48,402 nt of DNA from Methanoculleus sp. (GCA_035363235.1 DAOSER010000001.1:1-48402), one strand, 5' to 3'. Shown: positions 1 to 10,125, numbered from the stretch's first letter. Numbers and translations: made by a program. Notes: generated from the letters alone by a model not told the origin.

Positions 1-1199
1 CGATGGCGGTGCTCATGGTCACGGGGAACGCCGCCGTCATCCCGGACCCGATCTACGACGTCTTCTCCCCCGTGCGGACGCTGACCGGGACGCTGGGCAT
101 CGAGATGGGCGAGGTCGCGTTCGGAAGCACGCATTACCATGCGCTCTTCGGCGTTGCGGTGGTCCTGCTCTTCATCACGCTCGCGATCAATAGCCTGGCA
201 CGGGTCATCATCACCCGGATACAGGGAACGCAGGGTGTACGATCCACGCCGCCCAGGCGGGTGAAGGCCGCGATCCAGCGCTCCACACCCTACCGGGCCA
301 TTACCGGGGCGGCCTCACGCATAGCCCACGCCGTCTCGGCACCGTTGAGAGGGCTTGTCCACCCCAGGACCTCGCAACGAGGCGCGTTCCTCCTGATATC
401 GCTCTCGGTCGCGATCGTGATCGCGGCACTCGGGGTGATCCTCTTCGAGATCGTCGTCAACGGGGCCGGAGCGATCACCTGGGAGTTCCTGACCGGGTCC
501 CCGAGGGATCTCGGGAGAGCGGGCGGGATCTTCCCTGCTATCGTCGGGACGTTCTACCTCGTGGGAGGCGCCCTCGCGGTCGCCCTCCCCCTCGGGATCG
601 CGACGGCCATCTACCTGATCGAGTACACCGCCGACACGGCGCTGACGCGGTCCATCCGGACCGCGGTGGATCTGCTGAACGGAACGCCTTCCATCGTCTT
701 CGGGCTGTTTGGGTTCGCGTTCCTGGTCCTCTTCCTGGGGTTCGGGGTCTCGCTGATCGCCGGACAGATCACCCTCGGCCTGATGATACTCCCGACGATC
801 ATACGGACGACCGAAGAGGCGCTCAGGTCGGTCCCCGGTTCTCTCCGGGAGGGAAGTTACGCGCTCGGCGCCACGAAGTGGCAGACGACCTGGCGCGTGG
901 TCCTCCCCCCGGCAATCCCCGGGATCCTCACCGGAGCGATCCTCTCCATCGGGCGCGCTGCAGGCGAGACCGCTCCCATCATGTTCACGGCAGCGATCTT
1001 CAGCACCAGATTCCTGCCGTCGTCGCTCACGGAGCCGGTGATGGCGCTCCCATATCACCTCTTCGTCCTCACCACGACCGTTCCGGGGGCGGCAACGCAG
1101 AGTTACGGGACCGCGTTCGTGCTCCTGATACTGGTCCTCGCGATCTATCTCGCCGCGATCCTTGTCCGGCGCCGGTACAGCCAGGCAAAGGTGATGTAA
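1..1199 (+). CDS. pstA: Phosphate ABC transporter permease, fused PstC (C-terminal part) + PstA; 5'-truncated by the window edge
   Basis: N-terminal part MAVLMVTGN...RTLT..I..EMGE..FGSTHYHALF is the PstC C-terminus. After a basic linker comes a full PstA (GGIFPAIVGT, PSIVFGLFG, EGSYALGATKWQT EAA loop, RAAGETAP). No stop between the two. Confidence 0.9.
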   Translation, partial: MAVLMVTGNAAVIPDPIYDVFSPVRTLTGTLGIEMGEVAFGSTHYHALFGVAVVLLFITLAINSLARVIITRIQGTQGVRSTPPRRVKAAIQRSTPYRAITGAASRIAHAVSAPLRGLVHPRTSQRGAFLLISLSVAIVIAALGVILFEIVVNGAGAITWEFLTGSPRDLGRAGGIFPAIVGTFYLVGGALAVALPLGIATAIYLIEYTADTALTRSIRTAVDLLNGTPSIVFGLFGFAFLVLFLGFGVSLIAGQITLGLMILPTIIRTTEEALRSVPGSLREGSYALGATKWQTTWRVVLPPAIPGILTGAILSIGRAAGETAPIMFTAAIFSTRFLPSSLTEPVMALPYHLFVLTTTVPGAATQSYGTAFVLLILVLAIYLAAILVRRRYSQAKVM

Positions 1200-1951
1200 A
1201 TGAATGAATCCACAATCCTCAAGACAAAGAACCTCAACCTCTGGTACGGGCAGAAACAAGCCCTCATCGACATCTCGGTCAGCATCCCGAAGAACAAGGT
1301 CACGGCGCTGATCGGGCCGTCGGGGTGCGGGAAATCGACCCTGCTCCGGTGCTTCAACCGGATGAACGACCTCATCGACTCTTCAAGGATCACCGGAGAG
1401 ATCCTCTTCAACGAAAAGAACATCCACGACCCCCATGCAGACGTATACGCGATCCGCGAGAAGATCGGCATGGTCTTCCAGAAAGCGAACCCGTTCCCAA
1501 AGAGCATCTACGAGAACGTCGCTTACGGCCCCCGCATTCACGGGATGAACGATAAGAAGGAACTCGACCGTATCGTCGAGGAGAGTCTGAAAGGTGCTGC
1601 GCTCTGGGATGAGGTGAAAGACCGCCTCCACGAACCCGGACTCTCCCTCTCGGGCGGGCAGCAGCAGAGGCTCTGCATCGCCCGATCCCTTGCGGTCGGG
1701 CCGGAGGTGATCCTGATGGACGAGCCCTGCTCCGCCCTCGACCCCATCGCTACGGCAAAGATCGAGGACCTCATCGTCCGGCTTGCGCGGGACTACACGG
1801 TCGTCATCGTCACGCACAACATGCAGCAGGCGGCGCGGGCCAGCGACTACACCGGGTTCATGTACCTGGGGAAGCTGGTGGAGTTTGATAAAACCACGAA
1901 GATCCCGGTGAAGAACTGACGGAGAACTACATCACCGGACGGTTCGGGTAG
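1200..1951 (+). CDS. pstB: Phosphate ABC transporter ATPase PstB; ORF stops at 1919, conserved C-terminus continues in another frame to 1951
   Basis: Walker A GPSGCGKS, signature LSGGQQQR, Walker B ILMDEP, H-loop VTHN. The PstB tail [15 protein letters not shown] is out of frame at 1904-1951. Confidence 0.9.
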
Positions 1952-1961
1952 GGAGAATCCA

Positions 1962-2612
1962 ATGGTATCGAAGTTTCATACAGAGATTGCGTCCCTGAAA
2001 GGGGATGTCCTCGCGATGGGGAACCTCGCGCAGGGTATGCTCGGCCAGTCGATGGTAGCGCTAAAGACCCAGGACGTGGAGCTCGCCGGGACGATCGACG
2101 AGAAGAAGCAGAAACTCGCGGGTTACGATGACGGGATCGAGCAGAAGTGCCTGAGACTCATCGCCCTCAACCAGCCGATGGCAAAAGACCTGCGGACGAT
2201 CGCAGCCTCGATGAAGGTGATCACGAGCCTCTACCGTATCGGCCGCTACGGGAAAGACATCGCCATCGTCGTGCCCGATCTCGCCGGGGCGCCGCACGTA
2301 GGAAACCTCGTCAACCTCCCCCACATGGGAGAGATCGTCGACGGGATGATAACGGATGTGATGGTCGCGTTCGAGCGTGAAGACCTCAGTGTGATAGCCG
2401 ATATCCAGAGCAGGGAGGAGGTCGTCGACGCTCTCAGGTACTCCATATTCCGCGAGTCGCTCACCTACATGATGGAAGACCCAAGAAACATCACCCGGTG
2501 CACGAACTACGTCATGATCGCCCGGTACCTCGAACGCTGCGGGGACCACGCCTGCAGGATCGCGGAGAAGGTGCACTACATGGTGACGGGCGACCGGATC
2601 GAGATACGGTGA
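1962..2612 (+). CDS. phoU: Phosphate signalling protein PhoU
   Basis: QPMAKDLR, RIGRYGKDIA and ARYLERCGDHA motifs; directly follows pstB. Confidence 0.93.
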   Translation: MVSKFHTEIASLKGDVLAMGNLAQGMLGQSMVALKTQDVELAGTIDEKKQKLAGYDDGIEQKCLRLIALNQPMAKDLRTIAASMKVITSLYRIGRYGKDIAIVVPDLAGAPHVGNLVNLPHMGEIVDGMITDVMVAFEREDLSVIADIQSREEVVDALRYSIFRESLTYMMEDPRNITRCTNYVMIARYLERCGDHACRIAEKVHYMVTGDRIEIR

Positions 2613-2712
2613 TGCGGCGGGGGACGGCCCCCTCGTCCCGGGAGGTCGACGGTAACGTGGATATTCGGCTGTACAAAAACATCTTTTTTCACCTCCTCTA
2701 TGGGCCTGACAC

Positions 2713-2943
2713 GCTCTGTTGAACCGGGCATATCCCCCTGTAGTGGACCGTGGGGATATCACCTCGCGGGGAGGGGGGCACGCCCCCCCTGTCTCTACAC
2801 ATAAGCGATACCCGTAGCCCTCACTCCACCCGGCCTTCGGCCTCCTCCCCCACCCCGGGGCGGGGGCAGTGCGCGGGCGTTGCCGGTGGAAAGCCGTGCC
2901 CCGGAGTGCGACCATCGGGAGCGAGGTGGAGTCTCAACAGGGC
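2713..2943. mobile_element. Putative MITE or structured repeat with IS5/IS903-like terminal inverted repeats
   Basis: GCTCTGTTGA (2713-2722) and TCAACAGGGC (2934-2943) form a 10-bp IR with 1 mismatch. Several internal hairpins; no credible ORF. Confidence 0.5.
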
Positions 2944-3027
2944 CGGTTATTTCAGTCCGGGCAGAACGGGCCGATGATCGCCGGACATTTCCAAGCGATT
3001 TTATACCCGCGAACGAATTACTCAACG

Positions 3028-4497
3028 ATGCAGAACGAGCAGTCCGTCAACCTGAAAGGCATCGCGTGGTCGGCGATGCAGCAGTACGGCTTCATCCCTG
3101 CCTTCCCACCGGCCGTCATCCGTGAAGTCGGCGCTCTCAGCGGGGACGCCTTCCCGGATACCCCCACAGATCCCCGCGACCTCCGGTCACTCCTCTGGTC
3201 CTCGATCGACAACCACGACTCAGAGGATCTCGACCAGATCGAGGTCTGTGAACCGGGAGAGAACGACGCGATCCACGTCAGGGTCGCGATCGCGGACGTC
3301 GACTCCCGCGTCCCGAAAGACTCGGCGACCGACCGGCACGCCGCCCACAACGGGACATCGGTCTACACCGGTGTTGTGACCTTCCCGATGCTCCCCGACC
3401 GCCTCTCGGCAGGCATCACCTCGCTCCTGCCCGGCCGTGACCGGATGGCGGTCGTCATCGAGTATACCGTTCTTCCGGATGGGAGCACGCTACCCGGCGA
3501 CGTCTACCGGGCGATCGTCGCGAACCGGGCAAAACTCGTCTACGAGGAGGTCGGCGACTGGCTGGAGGGGAGCGGGGCCATCCCGGGGATGGTTACAGAG
3601 ACGCCGGGGCTTGCCGAGCAGGTCCTCCTCCAGCACGAGGCCGCGGTGCGGATGAGGAAGCGCCGGACGGAGAGGGGAGCGCTCGCCCTCGAGACGATCG
3701 AGGCCGAACCGGTCGTTGAGGAGAACCGGGTCCTGGGGCTTGTCGTCCAGGAGCAGAACCTTGCCCGGTGCCTCATCGAGGAGTTCATGGTCGCGGCGAA
3801 CGGCAGTATAACCGCATTCTTGAACGCCACCGGTCTCCCCATGATCCACCGGGTCGTGCGCACCCCAAAGAACTGGGAGGGAATCGTCGCGGAGGCGGCG
3901 GACCGCGGCGAGACCCTGCCCCCCGAGCCGGACGCCGAGGCGCTCACCCGGTTCCTCATCCGGCAGAAGGCGGCCGATCCCGACCGCTTCCCCGACCTCT
4001 CCCTCACGGTGGTGAAACTGATGGGAGCGGGCGAGTACGTGGCGTTCCGGCCGGGCGATGAGCCGATCGGCCACTTCGCCCTTGCCGTCACCGACTACAC
4101 CCACGGCACCGCCCCGAACCGGCGCTACGTCGACATCATCATCCAGCGGCTGATAAAATCGGTCCTTGACGGCGAGCGCTACCCACCCTACACGCCGGCC
4201 GAACTCGACGACCTCGCCCTCCACCTCACCGACCGGGAGAAGGCGTCCCAGAAGGTCGAGCGCTTCGTCCGGAAGGCCGCGGCCGCGGTCCTCCTCCGGG
4301 AGAGGATCGGCGAGACGTTTGCAGCGTTCGTCACCGGCGCCTCGGAGAAGGGGACGTATGTCCGGCTGATCGACCCGCCCGCGGAAGGAAAGGTGGTTAT
4401 CGGCGAGCAGGGGCTACGGGTCGGCCAGAGGATTCGCGTCCGCCTGCTCGCGACTGATCCTTACAACGGCTTCATCGACTTCGGGCGCACCCGGTGA
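3028..4497 (+). CDS. RNB-domain exoribonuclease (RNase II/R family)
   Basis: SIDNHDSEDLDQ, VAIADV, TSVYT, LIEEFMVAAN, HFALAVTDYTHGTAPNRRYVD motifs; C-terminal S1-like part. Start taken at ATG 3028. Confidence 0.9.
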   Translation: MQNEQSVNLKGIAWSAMQQYGFIPAFPPAVIREVGALSGDAFPDTPTDPRDLRSLLWSSIDNHDSEDLDQIEVCEPGENDAIHVRVAIADVDSRVPKDSATDRHAAHNGTSVYTGVVTFPMLPDRLSAGITSLLPGRDRMAVVIEYTVLPDGSTLPGDVYRAIVANRAKLVYEEVGDWLEGSGAIPGMVTETPGLAEQVLLQHEAAVRMRKRRTERGALALETIEAEPVVEENRVLGLVVQEQNLARCLIEEFMVAANGSITAFLNATGLPMIHRVVRTPKNWEGIVAEAADRGETLPPEPDAEALTRFLIRQKAADPDRFPDLSLTVVKLMGAGEYVAFRPGDEPIGHFALAVTDYTHGTAPNRRYVDIIIQRLIKSVLDGERYPPYTPAELDDLALHLTDREKASQKVERFVRKAAAAVLLRERIGETFAAFVTGASEKGTYVRLIDPPAEGKVVIGEQGLRVGQRIRVRLLATDPYNGFIDFGRTR

Positions 4498-4514
4498 CCG
4501 GCACAAAAAGATAG

Positions 4515-5336
4515 TTAGTGCGTCCCGTCCAGGTGGACGTCCACCTGTGGGAAGGGGATCTCGATACCGGCCTCTTTGAACGCCCGGACGACGTCGCGGT
4601 TCAGGTCCCACTGCACGCCCCACATGTCGGACGTCTTCGTCCACGCCCGCAGGGAGAGGTTCACCGAAGAGTCGGCGAGTTCGGTGACGACGACCACAGG
4701 TCCCGGCGACGGGAGCACGCCCTCGTTGGCCGTCATCAGGGTAGTGGCGACCCGGATTGCCTTATCCAGGTCGCTGTCGTAGGCGACCCTGACCTTGACC
4801 TCGACGCGGCGGGTCTCCATCCTGGTGGAGTTGATCACCGGGCTCCCCCAGACGAGGGAGTTCGGGATGGTGATGTAAGTGTTGTCGGGCTTCAGCAGCT
4901 CGGTCGCCATGATGCCGACCGAGGTGACCGTCCCGGATATACCGTTGACCTCGACGAACTCATCCTTGTCGATGGGACGGAAGGCCGCCAGCCAGACTCC
5001 GGCGGCGAGGTTGGTGACGGTGTCCTGGAGGCCGAAACCGAGGATGAGCCCGATCACCGCCGAGAGCCCGAGCACCATGGAGGAGACGTCGAAACCGAGC
5101 GTCGCGAGGACAATAAGGGCGAGGAACACGTAGAGCAGGACCGAGAAGAACCGGATCAGGAACTCGATAACCAGGCCGGGCAGGTTCGATGCCCGGGAGA
5201 GCATCTTTGTGAAGACGGACGTGAGGATTTTCACCACGATCCATCCAATAATCGCGACAAGCACAGCGAGAACGATGTTTTCGAGTGTGATGTCGGAGAG
5301 CGGAACGGTGGCGTTGAGGATTTCTGCGATCTCCAT
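4515..5336 (-). CDS. mscS: Small-conductance mechanosensitive channel (MscS family)
   Basis: Three TM segments, LGFGLQDTVTNLAAG, ITIPNS, GIEIPFPQ. Confidence 0.92.
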   Translation of the reverse strand: MEIAEILNATVPLSDITLENIVLAVLVAIIGWIVVKILTSVFTKMLSRASNLPGLVIEFLIRFFSVLLYVFLALIVLATLGFDVSSMVLGLSAVIGLILGFGLQDTVTNLAAGVWLAAFRPIDKDEFVEVNGISGTVTSVGIMATELLKPDNTYITIPNSLVWGSPVINSTRMETRRVEVKVRVAYDSDLDKAIRVATTLMTANEGVLPSPGPVVVVTELADSSVNLSLRAWTKTSDMWGVQWDLNRDVVRAFKEAGIEIPFPQVDVHLDGTH

Positions 5337-5573
5337 GCATCAAGATGGCACGGGAGTTCAGATATACCGAACCCTCCGGATGGGGAAATAGAAGGGGCGG
5401 AGCACCGCTTCAGCCGCGACCGGACAGCTCCCGCCTGATCTACAGAACCGCGGGGAGAGGGAGGAATGCGGTTGACCCGCATCCGAAAAAAGATATCGGG
5501 CATAGGCCTGCCGTGAAGACACCGCTTTTCCTTTAGCTGGCGGGCCCGGTGCCGCCATGCGGAGCAGCCGGGT

Positions 5574-6269
5574 TCAGTAACCGAGCTGCTGGCGGATCAG
5601 GACCAGGGCTATCCTTCCGTCGGTGTCCTCCTTATCGAGGATCACATGCTTGCCGATGTAACTTCCCGTGCCGTAGACATGCTGTGCACGCTGGTTCTCG
5701 AGCGGCAGGCAGTACTCCCGGCATCGCCGGAGGGCATCGTCGATGGTCGGCACGATCTTGTTTGCCCCCGAGACGAGGATGAGGTGGGCCGCCGCATGAG
5801 GCCACGCCCCCATCCGGCTCCCGGTCTTGTCGCACCCGACGACCTCGCCTGAGGCGGCGATCGCCTGCACCCCGGAGAGATAGTAATCGGCGGCCACGCT
5901 CTTTCTGCGGAGAGCATGCCGCTTCTCCGCATCGTCTTCGGCCGTGATGACCGCGTGGTAGTCGCGCCACCCCTTCGGGTTCTCCTTCGCCACCCGGTCA
6001 AACCCCATCTCGGCCAGGGTCGTCGAGGAACCGTACATAACCTCGCCCCCCTCGGGGATCAGGTCGACGACGGCCCGGAGCCCCTCCTCTGCCGTGTTCG
6101 CCAGAATCACGTTGATGTTCCGCGCCCTGACCGCCTCAACGGTCCTCTCGATCGTCGCCCCATCCGGGACCCGGTTCCACCGCTCCATGTCCACCCCGGC
6201 ATCCTTCGCCAGGTTGACCGCACTATACTCCGTAGGTTTTGTCATCTGCTGGCCGGTAACATCTGCCAT
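5574..6269 (-). CDS. LUD-domain (lactate utilization LutC/YkgG-like) protein
   Basis: GSSTTL, ADYYLSGVQAI, D.TGSR, GANKIV and terminal LGY fit the LUD/DUF1121 family. Start uncertain (6269 or 6308). Confidence 0.8.
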   Translation of the reverse strand: MADVTGQQMTKPTEYSAVNLAKDAGVDMERWNRVPDGATIERTVEAVRARNINVILANTAEEGLRAVVDLIPEGGEVMYGSSTTLAEMGFDRVAKENPKGWRDYHAVITAEDDAEKRHALRRKSVAADYYLSGVQAIAASGEVVGCDKTGSRMGAWPHAAAHLILVSGANKIVPTIDDALRRCREYCLPLENQRAQHVYGTGSYIGKHVILDKEDTDGRIALVLIRQQLGY

Positions 6270-6353
6270 CCGATCATCACCGCGGGGTCGGGGGACGTCA
6301 TCCCACATATACCTCTCGATGGCCCGGGCAGCCTCGTGATCTATGCGGCCGCG

Positions 6354-6923
6354 TCAATACCACACCTTCTCCATCAGCACCCGGCCGTCCTCGAGGAACC
6401 TGATCCCTTCCATCTCAAGCAATCTTTGTTTCATAGCGAGGCCCGCCTGGAACCCGCCCAGGCGCCCGTCCGACCGCAGGGCGCGGTGGCAGGGGATGAC
6501 AAGGGGGAACGGGTTTCTTGCGAGTGCGCTCCCGACCGCACGCGAGGCCCCGGGGTTCCCGATATGCCGGGAGATCCGCCCGTAGGTGCTGACATACCCC
6601 CGGGGGATCCCGTACTCGGCGAGGAGCACCCGCCGCTGGAAGGGCGGGCACCGGTCCAGGTCGAGGAGATCGGTATCGAACCGCACGTCTTGCCCCCGGA
6701 GGAGCGACTGGATCCCGGCAATCAGCGTCCGGATGCTGTCATCCCGGGGTTCAGGAATGAAGAGTATCCCCGCATCGGTTCGAGGGTCGCCGGGGAGGAT
6801 GATTCCCCGGACTTTCGGGCCGGTATCAGGTCGAACCCAGATGAGACGAACCGGCCCGAACGCCGTCATGACCTCCGTGACCGCCGGGATTGCACCGGGG
6901 TGAGCGCCCGGGGACTGATGCAT
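6354..6923 (-). CDS. ogt: Methylated-DNA--protein-cysteine methyltransferase
   Basis: IPRGYVSTYG, ASRAVGSAL, NPFPLVIPCHR active site. Confidence 0.92.
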   Translation of the reverse strand: MHQSPGAHPGAIPAVTEVMTAFGPVRLIWVRPDTGPKVRGIILPGDPRTDAGILFIPEPRDDSIRTLIAGIQSLLRGQDVRFDTDLLDLDRCPPFQRRVLLAEYGIPRGYVSTYGRISRHIGNPGASRAVGSALARNPFPLVIPCHRALRSDGRLGGFQAGLAMKQRLLEMEGIRFLEDGRVLMEKVWY

Positions 6924-7091
6924 GATCTAACGTAGGTCGCCGCCGCCATCTATATTGTGGGGCAGCCAGAACACAGGGTCCCTGAAGAGACCGGCTTGCA
7001 ATACCCATCCGGAGTTTCCGGGCGGCCTCGATCAGGATCGGGTTGCACCGGCGCAGTAGGTATATCAGCTACCGGTGCAGACGGGAAGTGA

Positions 7092-7727
7092 ATGTTTGAG
7101 CAGATCGGATATCTCATCGATGTCGTCATACACTTCGATGACTTCCTGCCGCTCGTCATCGAGGATTACGGGCTATTCGTGTACTTCTTCATCTTCCTCA
7201 TAGTCTTCCTCGAGACGGGGCTGGTCGTCGCCCCCTATCTCCCCGGTGACTCGCTCCTCTTCCTTGTGGGCGCAATCGCTGCGCAGGGCGGTCTCAACAT
7301 CCTCCCCGCCCTTGTGCTTCTCGTGGTGGCGGCGATTGCAGGGGACACGGTGAACTACTGGATCGGGAGAGGGTTCGGCAGCCGGTTTCTCTCGAAAGGA
7401 ATCCCTTTCGTTAAACGGCAGGATATCACAAAAACCGAGTCATACTTTGAGAAATACGGCGGAAAGACCGTTGTGATAGCCAGGTTCGCTCCGTTCGTCC
7501 GGACCCTGGCACCGTTCCTCGCGGGAGCCGGGAAGATGGACTACTCCAGGTTCATCCAGTTCAATGTGGTGGGAGGAGTGCTGTGGGTTGCGAGTTTCGT
7601 CCTCGCCGGGTATCTCTTCGGGAACATTCCCCTCATCTCTGAGAACTTCAACCTCGTCGCCTTTGCGATCATCGTGGTCTCGCTTGCCGGCGTGGGATCC
7701 ATGATCCTGGGCGTCAAGAGGCTGTGA
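7092..7727 (+). CDS. dedA: DedA family membrane protein
   Basis: FLETGLVVAPYLPGDSLLF, GDTVNYWIG, ARFAPFVRT. Confidence 0.92.
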   Translation: MFEQIGYLIDVVIHFDDFLPLVIEDYGLFVYFFIFLIVFLETGLVVAPYLPGDSLLFLVGAIAAQGGLNILPALVLLVVAAIAGDTVNYWIGRGFGSRFLSKGIPFVKRQDITKTESYFEKYGGKTVVIARFAPFVRTLAPFLAGAGKMDYSRFIQFNVVGGVLWVASFVLAGYLFGNIPLISENFNLVAFAIIVVSLAGVGSMILGVKRL

Positions 7728-7884
7728 GACCGGGATCTCCCTACCCACGGCTCCCGCTGATCTCCCGGGTACACGGAACGCCCGCGGGGGTGCCTTCGGG
7801 CCCGAGTATCGGACCCTCCGCAGCTGATTCACCATGCCGATAGTACCCGGCTTCTTTTTCAGGATCCATGCCTTACAAAAAAGT

Positions 7885-8859
7885 ATGAAGCAATTTCATC
7901 TTATCAACGTGGTCTGTCTTCTCGCAGCCCTCGCGGTTCTCGCGGCCGGGTGCAGCGGCCCCGGCGTACAGGAAGCCGTCGAGGAGAACGCGACCACTGA
8001 GGACCTCGCCGTCTTCGTCCGGGAGGCCGCCGCCTACGCGAGGACCGCCGGGAAAGACGCGGCACTCGCTGAATTCAACAACGAGGTGGGCAGGTTTTCG
8101 CAGGGAGCCCTATACGTATATGCTTACGATTACAACGGGACGCTTCTCGCCCACCCATACGAGAAGGATGCGATCGGTTCCAACCGCGGGAACTGGACCG
8201 ACGTCCGGGGGCTGCCGGTGATCCGCGTCGGTGCACATACGGCGGCAAACGGCGGCGGGTATATCACCTACCTCTACCCGGCGCCGCTGGACGGGTCCAT
8301 CAATGAGTCGGCGGCAGAGACCTGCATACCGAAGATCGGCTACGTCGCCCCTGCCGGCGAGACGTGGTGGGTGGCTTCAGGCGTCTACCTCTCCGACGTG
8401 GCCGGGACCGGAACCGCACCGTATCCTGGGCCTGTCTCCGCGATGGTCGACCTCGTCGAGCGCGGTGCCGCCTATGGGCGCGAACAGGGGGCGGAAGCGA
8501 CGTTTGTCGAGATCTCGAACGCTTCCGGAATGTTTGTCGATTCAGAGGAGCATTATCTCTACGCCTACGATTACAACGGGACGCTCCTTGCCCATCCCCA
8601 CCTGCAGGACTCGATCGGGACAAGCCTGATCGAGCGGCAGGACCCGTTCGGAATGGAGAACATTCGGGCGCTCAGGAATACCGCAGAGTCGGGAGGAGGG
8701 TTCATCGTCTTTATCTGGCCGAACCCCGAGCAGGAGAACCGCGACGAACTCAAGATCGGCTACGTCCTTCCGGTCGATGAAACCTGGTGGGTGGGGTCAG
8801 GGGTCTACCTCTCCGAGATCACCGGGGAAAGCGTGTCGCTCTCCTCCCCGGTGCTCTAA
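7885..8859 (+). CDS. Secreted/lipoprotein with two tandem single-Cache domains
   Basis: Signal peptide with lipobox-like LAAGC. Internal repeat YxYAYDYNGTLLAHP...GGG(Y/F)I...KIGYVxPxxETWWVxSGVYLS occurs twice. Confidence 0.85.
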   Translation: MKQFHLINVVCLLAALAVLAAGCSGPGVQEAVEENATTEDLAVFVREAAAYARTAGKDAALAEFNNEVGRFSQGALYVYAYDYNGTLLAHPYEKDAIGSNRGNWTDVRGLPVIRVGAHTAANGGGYITYLYPAPLDGSINESAAETCIPKIGYVAPAGETWWVASGVYLSDVAGTGTAPYPGPVSAMVDLVERGAAYGREQGAEATFVEISNASGMFVDSEEHYLYAYDYNGTLLAHPHLQDSIGTSLIERQDPFGMENIRALRNTAESGGGFIVFIWPNPEQENRDELKIGYVLPVDETWWVGSGVYLSEITGESVSLSSPVL

Positions 8860-9017
8860 ATAATCCTTTTTCCTACAAATAGCAATGTTCTGGCCAGGGT
8901 CATACTCCTTCTGGTATCCTTCGTACACGGGGTGAGCGAGACCGCCAGGCCTCTTCGTAGCCGCCGTGAGAGGGCTGAAGATGCCCGGTGAACCCGGCGG
9001 TCTCGTTGCTCCCCACA

Positions 9018-9404
9018 TCAGGGAGAAGCGTTCCAGATATCCCACAGGTTCTTCCAGCCGTCAACCGTGCGCTTCCACACGACGACGAACTTAATCTTCT
9101 GCTCGGCAGGCGTTCCACCCGGGGGGTGGACCTTGAGAATACCCGTTCCCCTCTCGTGCAGAAAATCGCCGCTCCCTGCGAGTTCGATCGTGGTCAGTTC
9201 CACCTCTTTTACGCCTGAGGCCATGACCGTTCTCCAGAACTCCTCGATCGCCCCTCTCCCCTGGATCATGGGAGCGTCCGGGGGGAAGACGACGGCGTCC
9301 TCTGCAATGACCGATGCCGTTATTGCGGCGTCGCCTTTCTGGAACCCTTCGGAGAATTTTTTATTATTCCTATCGATAACCTTCCTTACTTCATCATCAA
9401 CCAT
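9018..9404 (-). CDS. SnoaL-like / DUF4440 (NTF2-fold) protein
   Basis: EDAVVFPP, GRGAIEEFW, KFVVVWKR..DGWK..WDIWN. Confidence 0.85.
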   Translation of the reverse strand: MVDDEVRKVIDRNNKKFSEGFQKGDAAITASVIAEDAVVFPPDAPMIQGRGAIEEFWRTVMASGVKEVELTTIELAGSGDFLHERGTGILKVHPPGGTPAEQKIKFVVVWKRTVDGWKNLWDIWNASP

Positions 9405-9597
9405 AGCCAATCCTCAGCAAAACGTTGATCCGGTGTACCACAGGACTTGGTTAGTACCTTTCTGTCGAACTCAAACGCCTACATGGACCGGAACATCGCG
9501 GCGAACCGGAGGGCATAATCTCTCCGCACTGTCGCATACGCACAGATCCCGTTCGGAACAGGATGAGACGACCGAAAGGGTCCGGTCTCAAAAGAGG

Positions 9598-9897
9598 TCA
9601 GGAGGCCGGTGCGGCCCCCACCTCTTCGCTGTCCCATACGAGGGTGTTCTTCATCTCGGTCATGATCACCCGTGAGCCGGGAGGAACCCGGATCGCGTCG
9701 CCGATATCCTCAGGCGCCCGCGCCCAGACAACCTGGTGCTTGATATCCCCGTCGGGCAGCAGCACCACGACGCTGTAGGTGTTCATACCCTCCTCGGGGG
9801 CGCCCTCCTCCTCTCCCGGGGTGACGCGGTAGCACGTAAACGTGACCGGTCCCGCTCCTTCCGCCATCATCTCTTCCGCTTCTCCTCTCATACGCAT
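9598..9897 (-). CDS. Hypothetical small protein
   Basis: ORF with SD-like GGTGA/GAGG upstream, filling a gene-sized gap. Start uncertain. Confidence 0.55.
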   Translation of the reverse strand: MRMRGEAEEMMAEGAGPVTFTCYRVTPGEEEGAPEEGMNTYSVVVLLPDGDIKHQVVWARAPEDIGDAIRVPPGSRVIMTEMKNTLVWDSEEVGAAPAS

Positions 9898-10125
9898 ACC
9901 TCATCACCCGGGTGAGCGGCGAGCTCTCGCGGTTCTGCGCGGCCCTCAGAGATAGCAAAAAGCCACGTCCTCCGCCCGCCAGGGCACCCGCCTCACTCCC
10001 GGGAGCCACCTTCTCTGGTGGCCTCCTGATAATAAGCTTGCCCCATACCGGAGCCATCGGTGTGGGGGGCGGGGGGGGCGTTGACGGTGCCCGGTTAATG
10101 CTGGCAAAAAAGTATTTTCCGGCTC

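Noticed and set aside
2700-2990. RNase P or SRP RNA in the GC-rich intergenic region
   Set aside because: No GAGGAAAGUCC / P4 or SRP helix-8 consensus found on either strand; terminal IRs fit a MITE better.
9555-9597. Hammerhead-like GATGAG...GAAA hairpin
   Set aside because: Lacks the CUGAUGA core and other stems; more likely a terminator-type hairpin.
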